This document shows, in pieces, positions 1 to 8,797 of a DNA stretch of 27,733 bases; position 1 is the first letter of the stretch, and the number at the start of each line of letters is the position of its first letter. The notes beneath the pieces are model-generated. The model was not told where the DNA came from, made no database searches, and saw nothing but the letters and a program-made list of their open reading frames with translations. Both the position numbers and the translations under genes were made by a program. This DNA comes from a virus (taxonomy: Duplodnaviria > Caudoviricetes), in the IMG/VR virus record IMGVR_UViG_3300042549_001563, positions 1-27,733 of that record, one strand, 5' to 3'.

Positions 1-18
1 GCATACCGAGTGACAAAT

Positions 19-474
19 ATGAAGCTAATTGCACATAGAGGATTGATGTTTGGTTCTGACAAGACAAACGAAAATGCACCATATCAAATTGAATCTGCAT
101 TAGACAAAGGTTTTGATGCTGAGATTGATTTGAGAATTGTCAATGACAAATTCTTTTTAGGACACGATGAACCAACGTATGAAATTGATCCTGAGTTTCT
201 ACACAAAAAAGGACTATGGATTCACGCTAAGAACTGGGAAGCATTAGAGTGGCTTTCAGATACACAGTTGAATTACTTTTGGCACCAAGAAGATTCATAT
301 ACATTAACTAGTTTTGGCATAGTGTGGGCATATCCAAATCAACCTCTAATGGCAAAGAGTGTCTGTGTTATGCCAGAAAAGCAAGGAATTAGCTTAGAAT
401 ACGCATTTAATCTACCAATCTATGGCATATGTTCTGACTACGTAGGCGCTATTGACTATTTCAGAAAAAGATAG
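19..474 (+). CDS. Glycerophosphodiester phosphodiesterase (GDPD/PLC-like) family protein
   Basis: N-terminal LIAHRG, GFDAEIDL, LGHD, WIHAKN and terminal GICSDY motifs of short GDPD-like TIM barrels. ATG at 19 preferred over GTG at 10; a TGA at 11-13 may end an upstream gene. Confidence 0.8.
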   Translation: MKLIAHRGLMFGSDKTNENAPYQIESALDKGFDAEIDLRIVNDKFFLGHDEPTYEIDPEFLHKKGLWIHAKNWEALEWLSDTQLNYFWHQEDSYTLTSFGIVWAYPNQPLMAKSVCVMPEKQGISLEYAFNLPIYGICSDYVGAIDYFRKR

Positions 475-480
475 TATAAT
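452..480 (+). promoter_or_regulatory. Sigma70-type promoter upstream of the SleB-like gene
   Basis: TTGACT (452-457), 17-nt spacer, TATAAT (475-480): near consensus. Confidence 0.75.
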
Positions 481-542
481 TCACGTATACTAAATAAAAG
501 ACCCACTAAAAAAATTGTGGGCACAATAAGGAAAGGAAGAAT

Positions 543-1049
543 ATGAAAGCACTTTTAACGGCTGTAATATTTGTATTGGCTTTATTTTCAACGCATACAA
601 TGGCATCTACTTTGCCAACGCTAAAGGAAATATCAGAATCAGCATCCGCACCAAAAAACTCTAGCAAATCAGACCTGTACTGGATGGCAATGAACATCTA
701 TTACGAAGCAGGTAGTGAACCTTTAATCGGTAAGATAGCAGTAGGTGCAGTCACACTCAACAGATTGCGTGATAGCAGATTTCCAAAAAACATTCGTGAT
801 GTTGTGACAGAACCACAACAATTTTCTTGGTACAATACTAAGACGGCAAACACGCCACCAGCAGACAACAAACGTTGGAGAGAGTCTTATGAAGTAGCAA
901 AGATGCTATTGACAAAGACTATTGGGAATGATATAATTAAACTCTTAGAAGGCGCAACACACTTTCATGCAGTTAGTGTTAAACCAGCATGGGCGGCACG
1001 AAAGACAAAAATTGCGACTATTGAGGGGCATATTTTTTATAGAATGTAA
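543..1049 (+). CDS. SleB/CwlJ-like cell wall hydrolase (Hydrolase_2) with signal peptide
   Basis: Motifs NIYYEAGSEP, AVGAVTLNR, RFPKNIRDVV, QFSW, GATHFHA, KPAWA, IEGHIFYR. Hydrophobic N-terminus MKALLTAVIFVLALFSTHTMA. Purine-rich RBS (AAGGAAAGGAAG). Confidence 0.9.
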   Translation: MKALLTAVIFVLALFSTHTMASTLPTLKEISESASAPKNSSKSDLYWMAMNIYYEAGSEPLIGKIAVGAVTLNRLRDSRFPKNIRDVVTEPQQFSWYNTKTANTPPADNKRWRESYEVAKMLLTKTIGNDIIKLLEGATHFHAVSVKPAWAARKTKIATIEGHIFYRM

Positions 1050-1061
1050 AAGGACTTTGAT

Positions 1062-1253
1062 ATGAATATTATGAAAAAGAAAATTGAAATTAAAACTTAT
1101 CAACGTAGAGGTGGTTACCCTCCAGGTTACTATGCGTCTGAATCTGAAGTAACTAATCCTAAATTTCGTTCTGCTAAACCAGCAGTCACTCTAACACAAT
1201 TTGGACATTTCCGAAATGGTCGAATCACCTCGGTGCGATTCTATGAATCTTAA
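1062..1253 (+). CDS. Hypothetical small basic protein
   Basis: AAGGA RBS upstream; fills the gap between SleB and gp33; no recognisable family. Confidence 0.6.
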   Translation: MNIMKKKIEIKTYQRRGGYPPGYYASESEVTNPKFRSAKPAVTLTQFGHFRNGRITSVRFYES

Positions 1254-1482
1254 AATCTTAACTCAAAAAGAATTTGAGGCTGAGATTAAACAGATTCAAA
1301 TTAAGAAGTACCCAATCACAATGATTGATGCTATCTTAGAATATTGTATAATTAAAAACGTTGAAGTTGAGACTGCGGCATCTTTAATTACACCTCGCAT
1401 GAAGTCTGCTATTGAGGGCGAAGCGATGAAGTTGAAGATGATTGCGCCTAAAGCTAGATTACCTATTGAGGAGGAGATTTGA
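1243..1482 (+). CDS. gp33: T4 gp33-like late promoter transcription coactivator
   Basis: TMIDAILEYC...VEVETAASLITPRMKSAIEGEAMKLKMI...ARLPI pattern; lies upstream of gp59-gp32. ATG 1243 preferred over TTG 1201. Confidence 0.85.
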   Translation: MNLKILTQKEFEAEIKQIQIKKYPITMIDAILEYCIIKNVEVETAASLITPRMKSAIEGEAMKLKMIAPKARLPIEEEI

Positions 1483-1483
1483 T

Positions 1484-1888
1484 ATGCAATGGAAAATTAC
1501 ACCAAACTGGAAGAAAAGTATTGTCGAAACTTTTTACTGGACTAAAGATGGCGTTAAGGGCACGATTGAACAAGAGGTTGGTTGGCGATGGGGTGAGTTT
1601 TATGTTACGCCACCAGAAGGTGTAACAATTGAACAATTCTTAGAAGACTACTCTGGTGAACTTGATGTGTTCGGAGACTTTGATGAGGTTGAACACTTTG
1701 AGACTAACGACGGATGTTGGGAAGAATGGTCGTTCTATGGATTCGAAGATGAAGCAGAACAAGAGCGACTTGAAGAACTTGTCAACAGCGAAGGTTCATA
1801 TGAACTAGAAGAAGTTGAAGGTTGGAGCATTTCCGATAGCGAAACAATCATTCGAGGTGACATTACAATTGTCGAGGTCGAAGACTGA
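1484..1888 (+). CDS. Hypothetical highly acidic, Trp-rich protein
   Basis: GAGGAG RBS before ATG 1484; TGATG coupling to gp59; about 37 D/E in 134 aa. Confidence 0.75.
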   Translation: MQWKITPNWKKSIVETFYWTKDGVKGTIEQEVGWRWGEFYVTPPEGVTIEQFLEDYSGELDVFGDFDEVEHFETNDGCWEEWSFYGFEDEAEQERLEELVNSEGSYELEEVEGWSISDSETIIRGDITIVEVED

Positions 1889-2484
1889 TGAAGATGGATG
1901 CTATAGATGCATACAAAGTTTATCTAGGAGTTAAGAATCACTTCACGCAAGACAGCTACGATTGGTTCAAGTACAACAAGAAAGTCAATGTCACATACGA
2001 TTCTTTTCTGAAACGTAAAGACAAAATCTTTTTTGCTAAACTTGGCAATCGTAAAGATGCTTACTTAGAAGAGTTTCTAGTTTCAAACTTCTTACACGAC
2101 ACAAAAATTTGGGTTGGTGAACTTCTATCGGAAGAATGTGAAGAACGCTACAAAGAATGGAAACGTAGACAAGAATCTCTGACGTATGTATTTAAGAATG
2201 AGATGGATTTTATCTCTGGTTGGAAGCCAGAAGAACTGAATGAATTTTTTAACGCTAAAGGTGGAGACCATCCACCGATTATCAAGAAATATTTAAGAGG
2301 AGAAATCAGTCTGGAGACACTTGCGATATTGAACTCACTATTGCATTTCGTTAAAAGATATGATACAATGATACATGATCCAATCTACAAAGAGGTAAGC
2401 AAGTTATGCAAAAAGTACCAGCCCTTTTTAAATTACGATACGGCAAGGATGAAAAAGTCACTCAGAGAGTTAGTAGTGACGTAG
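1888..2484 (+). CDS. gp59: T4 gp59-like helicase loader
   Basis: AYKVYLGVKNHFT..YDWFKY, FLKRKDKIFFAKL, HPPIIKKYLRGEISLETL, KKYQPFL; directly upstream of gp32. Confidence 0.92.
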   Translation: MKMDAIDAYKVYLGVKNHFTQDSYDWFKYNKKVNVTYDSFLKRKDKIFFAKLGNRKDAYLEEFLVSNFLHDTKIWVGELLSEECEERYKEWKRRQESLTYVFKNEMDFISGWKPEELNEFFNAKGGDHPPIIKKYLRGEISLETLAILNSLLHFVKRYDTMIHDPIYKEVSKLCKKYQPFLNYDTARMKKSLRELVVT

Positions 2485-2522
2485 TGGCAGTAATGCGTAA
2501 ACCAAAGAAGGTTTGCCGTTTA

Positions 2523-2551
2523 TTGACACAAACAGAGAATTGTGATAGACT
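2523..2551 (+). promoter_or_regulatory. Sigma70-type promoter for gp32
   Basis: TTGACA (2523-2528), 17-nt spacer, TAGACT (2546-2551), with extended -10 TG at 2543-2544. Confidence 0.65.
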
Positions 2552-2628
2552 ATATACTATAGTAGATTATGATAAAAGTGGACAAGCAAAACATACATTT
2601 AATACTTAACATACGAGGAAATACTAAT

Positions 2629-3540
2629 ATGGCATCAGCATCATTCGCAGATTTGAAAAAGTCACGCACCAAAGATTTGGAAAAACTCACAGACGCAGTT
2701 TCCAAACTCACAAATAAAGAAGAAGGTAAGAAGTCTTATGAAGACACCCGATTCTGGAAACCCACAGTAGACAAAGCCGGTAACGGATTCGCAACGATTC
2801 GTTTTCTTCCCGCACCCTCAGGCGAAGATGTACCTTGGGTTCAAGTATTCAATCACTCATTCCAAGGTCCTGGTGGTTGGTACATTGAAAATTCGTTGAC
2901 TACACTCAACAAGAAAGACCCTGTGTCTGAACACAATAGCATCCTTTGGAACTCTGGTTCTGATGCTAACAAAGATATTGCACGTAAGCAAAAGCGTAAG
3001 TTGCAGTATATCGCAAACGTTTATATTGTTAAGGACCCTGCAAATCCTGACAATGACGGAACAGTTAAATTGTTCAAATTCGGTAAGAAGATTTTCGACA
3101 AGTTGAATGACTTGATGAATCCTGAGTTTGAAGATGAAACTCCTGTCAACCCATTCGACCTTTGGGAAGGTGCGAACTTCAAGTTAAAGATTCGTAAAGT
3201 TGAAGGTTATCAGAACTATGATAAGTCTGAGTTTGAATCACCAGCACCGTTGTCTGGCGATGAAGATGACTTGGAACGTATCTGGAAGCAAGAGTTTAGC
3301 TTGTCTGAATTCTTGAGTGAGAAGAATTTTAAGTCTTATGATGAATTGAAAGCACGTTTGAACAAAGTGCTTGGGCTTGAAGATGGTTCTGCTGGAGATA
3401 ATTATTACTCCACCAAACCTAACGTACCAGTAACAGCTTCAGCTAAACCTGAGACAGCACCTGCTAAGAAAACTACAGTTGCAGACTCAGTTGATGATGA
3501 TGAAGATTTGAGTTATTTTGAGAAACTAGCTGAAGACTAA
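2629..3540 (+). CDS. gp32: T4 gp32-like single-stranded DNA-binding protein
   Basis: SFADLKK, DTRFWKPTVDKAGNGFATIRFLPAP, GPGGWYIENSLTT, FGKKIFDK, NPFDLWEGANFKLKIRKVEGYQNYDKSEF and acidic tail DDDEDLSYFEKLAED. GAGGA RBS supports ATG 2629. Confidence 0.97.
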   Translation: MASASFADLKKSRTKDLEKLTDAVSKLTNKEEGKKSYEDTRFWKPTVDKAGNGFATIRFLPAPSGEDVPWVQVFNHSFQGPGGWYIENSLTTLNKKDPVSEHNSILWNSGSDANKDIARKQKRKLQYIANVYIVKDPANPDNDGTVKLFKFGKKIFDKLNDLMNPEFEDETPVNPFDLWEGANFKLKIRKVEGYQNYDKSEFESPAPLSGDEDDLERIWKQEFSLSEFLSEKNFKSYDELKARLNKVLGLEDGSAGDNYYSTKPNVPVTASAKPETAPAKKTTVADSVDDDEDLSYFEKLAED

Positions 3541-3568
3541 TCTTTCGTAATCTCTCCTTTGTGACTTT

Positions 3569-3599
3569 GGGGAAGCAGTAACATGCTTCCCCTTTTTTT
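3569..3599 (+). terminator. Rho-independent terminator after gp32
   Basis: GGGGAAGCA-GTAACA-TGCTTCCCC perfect 9-bp stem followed by T7, at the convergence with the - strand block. Confidence 0.9.
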
Positions 3600-6500
3600 A
3601 TGCAAGTATTCCCGCATTCACACTAGCATCTCTAATAGGATTTCTAGATTTGCTTAAGAGACTTGTGTAGTATGTGTTAACAGATTGATTGTTTGTCTGA
3701 CTGTTATCTGCAACAGTATTGACTGTCACATCACCACCAGCACCAGTTCCTGAACCACCCGTAGTAGTTGTGCCTCCAGTTACAATAGTACCAGAAGTTG
3801 TCGATAAAGTTGGCGTTACAATATCAGCTAAGTCAATACCACCACTCTTGTTTTTGTCGTATATCGGATTACCATTTTTATCATACATCAATATGCTAGT
3901 GTCGTATACTTTTCGATTAACTTGATATGTTCCTCCTTCACCATCATTGACTGTTACTGTCTCTGTGGTAAATGGTGCTTCAACATACTTGCCCTCTTTC
4001 ATGCTATAAACCATTGGATTAGTTCCTGAACTATATTCGTCTCCACTAGTTGCCGCTTGAGGTTTATTAGCCATACCAGTTGTTATCACTAAATCTTCTG
4101 CTGTAGTTCCACCATACACACCTTTGGTTATTGATGTGTCAATTTTATTTGCACCAGTAGTCAAGTCTTTGATTAGTGCAGTTGACACTTTACCAAATGT
4201 GAGAGAGTTTAATACTTTAGATGCTTTGTCTACTGCATCTGCTTTAGCGGCATATGCGGCTTTGAATGCATCAGAGACATGTTTAACAATTTGTGAAGCC
4301 GCTTTGCCAGAATCAAAACTCTTCTCTCCAGGCTTACCTAAATTCAAATCATTACCGCCAGAATTTGGGTCGCCTGTTCTTAAACTAATAATTATACTAT
4401 TTTTGTCTATGTAACCAACAACAAAATCGAATGGAGACATTTCTTTTGTTTGAACTTCAGCTTCTTTAGTTGCATTAAATGCAACCCTAATTAAAGCATC
4501 CGCAAACTCAGGCCAACCTTTAGGTGTTGCTTCTCTTGGCGGCTGTAAATCTACGATACCATTAATGTCATTGTTTCCTCTAGTGCGAATAACACGCCAG
4601 ATTGCTGGATTAGGTTCTGGAGGAGAACTACTACTACTAAAAAAGCTGCCCAAGATTGACCCAATAACGAAACCTGCAACGATGCCAACTGGACCACCAA
4701 ATGCTCCAATCTCAGCGCCAAGTGCGCCTGCACTTACTGCACTACCAATCACGGTGCCTGCATATGCTCCAGCCGCTAAGCCGGCGGCCGCTCCAACATC
4801 ACCTTTTGCAAGCGCAAGTACTGCTGGTATGTAAGGTAAATATGGTGCAAACGTTTCAAAGCCAGGAATTAATGGACTTGATGCGGCAGTTCCGCCTGCG
4901 TTTGCAGTCATGGCTCTACCTAATTCCAAATCAGCCATTGTTGCGGCATCATAACCACCAAGCCAAGTTGGTGCATATGTTCCATAAGCATTGCTAAGTG
5001 TATTTCCTATATTACTAAATGAGCCAACAACATTTTTGCCTATTTCTGTACCAGAAAACATGTCAAATGCTTTACCACCAAGATATGATACGCCTTTGTT
5101 GACTGCAAAAGATGCAAGCAAAGCCATGTATGGGTTTTTAATTCCCATCGACTGAACCACTTTTTGTGTAATTGCGGCCTTACCAAAATCGAGTCCCATG
5201 TTTCCGACTTCAGCAAGAGTTGAAGAAAATGATCCTCTTACACCGTCACCTGTAAAGAATCCTCCACCACCTGCGCCGCCAATAGTCGTTCCACTACCAG
5301 TACCTCTAGATTGAAGAAGTTGATTAGTTCGAATCTGCTGTTCATATTGTGCTTCACTAATCTGTCTTTGTGCAATGGACCTTTCATCACTACCAGCCTC
5401 AGCCTTTATCCATCTTTCTTGTGCGGCTATTTCTGCTTCTTTTGCGGCATTCAGTTGATTGGCTATATCTTTTGTCATCTTCGGCACATTATCTGCAAGA
5501 ACAACCATGCCCTGTTGATTTACTTGCATCAATGGATTATTCTGTGCGGCTGCCTGCAACGTTCCTGCGGAAGGCATTCCTGTTGGTGAACCACCATACT
5601 CTCCACCATACCCACCGAACGCACCCATGGTTCTCATTCTCGGATCCATGTTACGCATATTGAGTGGAGTAGTTCCTAATCCACTATTGACAGGTCCCAT
5701 TATTGAAGACCCCAATACATTAGCCATGTATGAGATGCCATCTTGTGGTGATGCAAAACCATATTTTGCAAATATAGTTTCAGGTCCAAGTGCAACTTGT
5801 CCTCCACTCACACCAAATAGAATTTGTTCAAGCGCAGTCAACTTACCTTGCTTAGTTCCTTTAGCAAGATTACCTAAAATTTGTCCACCAAGAATGTTTG
5901 ATTGGTCATCATTCATTCCCATCGAACCAAAGATGCCTTTTGCTACAGACCTAGCACCAACTTCCATATAAGATGTTGCGGCTTTACTAAAGATTTGTCC
6001 AAATGCAGGACCATACTGTTTACCGAATATTGATGTTCCAAGTTTAGTAAGTGCCGGCGTGACTCCCAATAATTTATTGAGTTGCTCACCTCTATACAAT
6101 TGTCCAGATGCTGTTCGTTGACTTACATTTTTATATCCACCAGGATACAATGCTTTCATCAACGTGCCAGAAATAGTTTTTGTTAACTGTCTCTGTAGAC
6201 TATCTGTAAATTGTTTATTTGCTCTAGCTAATAGTTCTTCGGGTCTAGTAAACTTACCCTTAGACATTGTAATTCTATTACTCTTAAGTTCTTTAGCAGT
6301 AATTCGAGTATTTTCTTTGATGCCGCCTAATTCTCTAATGACTTCTTGTGTGCGTTTATTAGTCTCACGTTCTGTGTAGTATCCTTTAGCAGTCACTTTA
6401 CGCAAATATGCATCTACCCACGCAGGAGATTTATTTTGCATTGATTCTGCTACACCAGCATCACCCATTTCAATCAATGGCGTTGCTGAAGTTCTCATTA

Positions 6501-8262
6501 GTGCAGTATTTGTTGCAACAGGAACTATTGCATCTATTGCGGCTTTTGCTACAACATTTTCTCCTGCGACTTTAGTTGCAATTGCTTTTGCTTCTTCTTC
6601 AGTCTTGCCTGCGCTCAATGCATCATAATATGCTTTGACTGCACTACCTTTGATATTTCTATTCGATTGGTCTTTGAAACCAGGAACATTTCCAGCTCTT
6701 TTTCCATCAAAATTTCCACGTTTAGCAGGTGCCTTTGTAGGTGCTTTTGAGTCTCCAGGTGGTGTTGGTGCCGTGGCTGGTGCGGCAGGTTTACTCTCTT
6801 TATTTAATGCACCAAAGCTAATAACTGTTCTTGGGTTGATTGGTGTGGTACCACGTCTAACCATAAAGTGTAAGTGAACACCCGTAGAACGACCTGTACT
6901 ACCAATCACACCAATCGGGTCACCTATCTTAACTTTTTGTCCTACTTTATCATATGCATACGCTAAGTGAACATATGTGGTTGTCATACCATTCAAGTGG
7001 TCAACAACAACAAAATTTCCTGACCTATCGTTATAGTCTTTACGAGTAACAAGACCATCGGCAGCGGCTACAACAAAGTTTCCTGCTGGCGCCGCCAAGT
7101 CGATACCATCATGCTCTTTATAATTTCTTATTGCAGATTTTACACCAAATTCAGAAGTAACTGTATATGGAACTAGAAGAGGAACTCTCCACACAAGTCC
7201 AGAAGTTTGATTTACTTGCGTTCTTTGTGCTTGCGGAGAAGATGAATTACCCCCACCCGAAACACTAGATGTAGGACTTGTTCCCCCTACAGGTATTCCC
7301 ATTGCAACACGGCCTCTATCAATCATTGATAGATTACGTCCACGACCCTCATTACTATAATTTTCATTTCTTGAAGGCGTATCATCTTGAACCGGAGCAG
7401 GACCACCAAATTCAGGACTTATTCCCGATACAACGTCATCACCATCAGGTGTGAGTTCTGTTTTTCCTGATTTTTGTGTTTGGTCGTAAATATACGAACC
7501 AGCTTCAGCAATGTCTGCGGCCAATAATACCCAACCTAAACCAGGAATAAATCGGGCGCCAATCTTACCTGCAATCTTTGCACCTTTTAATGCGCCTTTG
7601 CCAAGTGACCCAAGACCAGGAAGTTTTCCTCCTAATCCTTTACCACCAAACATCAAAGCCGCAGATAGCACTAACTGTGCAATGAAACTTGCAATCTTCT
7701 TTCTAAGTCCAACCAACGCACTTAAAATAGCTGTACCGAGTATACCACCCAATGCACTTCCAAGTATGTTGCTTAACAATCCACCGCCGGCAGATTCTGC
7801 TTTATCGCCTGCAACAGCGGCACCACCCCTACCAAGTCCAGAATTTTTGATTGCATCAATGAGTGCTTGATTTTGTTGTGCTTGTTCTCTAGCCTTTTCT
7901 TCATCAAACATCATTTTATATTGTTCAGCTTTTGCAGTTGCTTTTGCAACATTAGCGGTTGCGGCAGTATTAGCATTAATCTGTGCTAACTGTTGAACCA
8001 TTTGTGCAAATGGATTTCCACCTACTACTGATGAAGATGATGTTGGAGTCTTTGAAGACCCCTGTGCTAAAGCCGCCTTTGCTTGCCCAATACTATTTGC
8101 TTTTTTGCTTAGTGCAGAGAATGCACCAAAGCCGGCAACAAGTCCTGGCATCTCAGAAAGGGCAGCCCCCTTGAGTCCATAACCAAAGCCCTTAACTATA
8201 CCACCAGCAGACTGCTTAAGCGTGTCTCCTAATGCGGCTCCGTAGTTGCCTATTGTTGCCAT
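3598..8262 (-). CDS. Tape-measure/baseplate hub (gp29-like) protein with M23 peptidase domain
   Basis: 1554 aa, Gly/Ala-rich, with hydrophobic segments; last gene of the tube-gp26-gp51 block. M23 motifs HDGIDLAA, YVHL, GSTGRSTGVHLHF (about 6830-7190). Confidence 0.75.
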   Translation of the reverse strand: MATIGNYGAALGDTLKQSAGGIVKGFGYGLKGAALSEMPGLVAGFGAFSALSKKANSIGQAKAALAQGSSKTPTSSSSVVGGNPFAQMVQQLAQINANTAATANVAKATAKAEQYKMMFDEEKAREQAQQNQALIDAIKNSGLGRGGAAVAGDKAESAGGGLLSNILGSALGGILGTAILSALVGLRKKIASFIAQLVLSAALMFGGKGLGGKLPGLGSLGKGALKGAKIAGKIGARFIPGLGWVLLAADIAEAGSYIYDQTQKSGKTELTPDGDDVVSGISPEFGGPAPVQDDTPSRNENYSNEGRGRNLSMIDRGRVAMGIPVGGTSPTSSVSGGGNSSSPQAQRTQVNQTSGLVWRVPLLVPYTVTSEFGVKSAIRNYKEHDGIDLAAPAGNFVVAAADGLVTRKDYNDRSGNFVVVDHLNGMTTTYVHLAYAYDKVGQKVKIGDPIGVIGSTGRSTGVHLHFMVRRGTTPINPRTVISFGALNKESKPAAPATAPTPPGDSKAPTKAPAKRGNFDGKRAGNVPGFKDQSNRNIKGSAVKAYYDALSAGKTEEEAKAIATKVAGENVVAKAAIDAIVPVATNTALMRTSATPLIEMGDAGVAESMQNKSPAWVDAYLRKVTAKGYYTERETNKRTQEVIRELGGIKENTRITAKELKSNRITMSKGKFTRPEELLARANKQFTDSLQRQLTKTISGTLMKALYPGGYKNVSQRTASGQLYRGEQLNKLLGVTPALTKLGTSIFGKQYGPAFGQIFSKAATSYMEVGARSVAKGIFGSMGMNDDQSNILGGQILGNLAKGTKQGKLTALEQILFGVSGGQVALGPETIFAKYGFASPQDGISYMANVLGSSIMGPVNSGLGTTPLNMRNMDPRMRTMGAFGGYGGEYGGSPTGMPSAGTLQAAAQNNPLMQVNQQGMVVLADNVPKMTKDIANQLNAAKEAEIAAQERWIKAEAGSDERSIAQRQISEAQYEQQIRTNQLLQSRGTGSGTTIGGAGGGGFFTGDGVRGSFSSTLAEVGNMGLDFGKAAITQKVVQSMGIKNPYMALLASFAVNKGVSYLGGKAFDMFSGTEIGKNVVGSFSNIGNTLSNAYGTYAPTWLGGYDAATMADLELGRAMTANAGGTAASSPLIPGFETFAPYLPYIPAVLALAKGDVGAAAGLAAGAYAGTVIGSAVSAGALGAEIGAFGGPVGIVAGFVIGSILGSFFSSSSSPPEPNPAIWRVIRTRGNNDINGIVDLQPPREATPKGWPEFADALIRVAFNATKEAEVQTKEMSPFDFVVGYIDKNSIIISLRTGDPNSGGNDLNLGKPGEKSFDSGKAASQIVKHVSDAFKAAYAAKADAVDKASKVLNSLTFGKVSTALIKDLTTGANKIDTSITKGVYGGTTAEDLVITTGMANKPQAATSGDEYSSGTNPMVYSMKEGKYVEAPFTTETVTVNDGEGGTYQVNRKVYDTSILMYDKNGNPIYDKNKSGGIDLADIVTPTLSTTSGTIVTGGTTTTGGSGTGAGGDVTVNTVADNSQTNNQSVNTYYTSLLSKSRNPIRDASVNAGILA

Positions 8263-8269
8263 ATATTAA

Positions 8270-8797
8270 TTACCCTCTGTCGAATACAGAGTCTGGGTCT
8301 GCTTCTGCAAATTTTGCTGATTTTCCAGTTGCTGGTTTTGATGTTGCTCCAAACCCAGACGTTGGCGCTCCAAAGCCTGAACTTCCGCCAAAGCTATTTG
8401 AGGCTGATGAACCAAAACTGTTGGATGCACCGAAGCCGCCTGCTGACGGAGAGCCATATGTTGTTGTGACGCTTTGTCCCACGGGTTGCATTCCGCCATT
8501 GTTTGCTCCTGCTAGTTTTTCTTGTGTACGACCAAATGCGGCAATACCAATAATAGCACCCATAGACAAATGAAATAACCCTGCACCTTGTAGTGTGATT
8601 GGTTGCCAAGCAGTAACTGGTTGTTTTAATACTGCTTGTAATAGAGACCATAAAACTGGGAATAGAATAAAGTCAGTAATACATGTTCCCATGTAAATCC
8701 AACCCATCATTGGACGCCATTTGGCGTTCATCCAATCTTCTTTTTTCTTGTCGCTATCACTCAGTTTATCGTATTCTTTTTGCGTAGCCATTGTCAT
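8270..8797 (-). CDS. 3TM holin-like membrane protein (GTA-holin-like family)
   Basis: KWRPMMGWIYM..CITDFILFPVLW and GLFHLSMGAIIGIAAFGRTQEK; two clear hydrophobic helices; low-complexity G/S/F tail. Confidence 0.65.
   Translation of the reverse strand: MTMATQKEYDKLSDSDKKKEDWMNAKWRPMMGWIYMGTCITDFILFPVLWSLLQAVLKQPVTAWQPITLQGAGLFHLSMGAIIGIAAFGRTQEKLAGANNGGMQPVGQSVTTTYGSPSAGGFGASNSFGSSASNSFGGSSGFGAPTSGFGATSKPATGKSAKFAEADPDSVFDRG

Noticed and set aside
3549-3562. TCTCTCCTTT (AAAGGAGAGA on the - strand) after gp32
   Set aside because: SD-like but followed by no start codon; no evidence for a gene or sRNA.
3719-8174. Many + strand ORFs opposite the tape measure gene
   Set aside because: Antisense shadows of a Gly/Ala-rich gene; no RBS or recognisable motifs.
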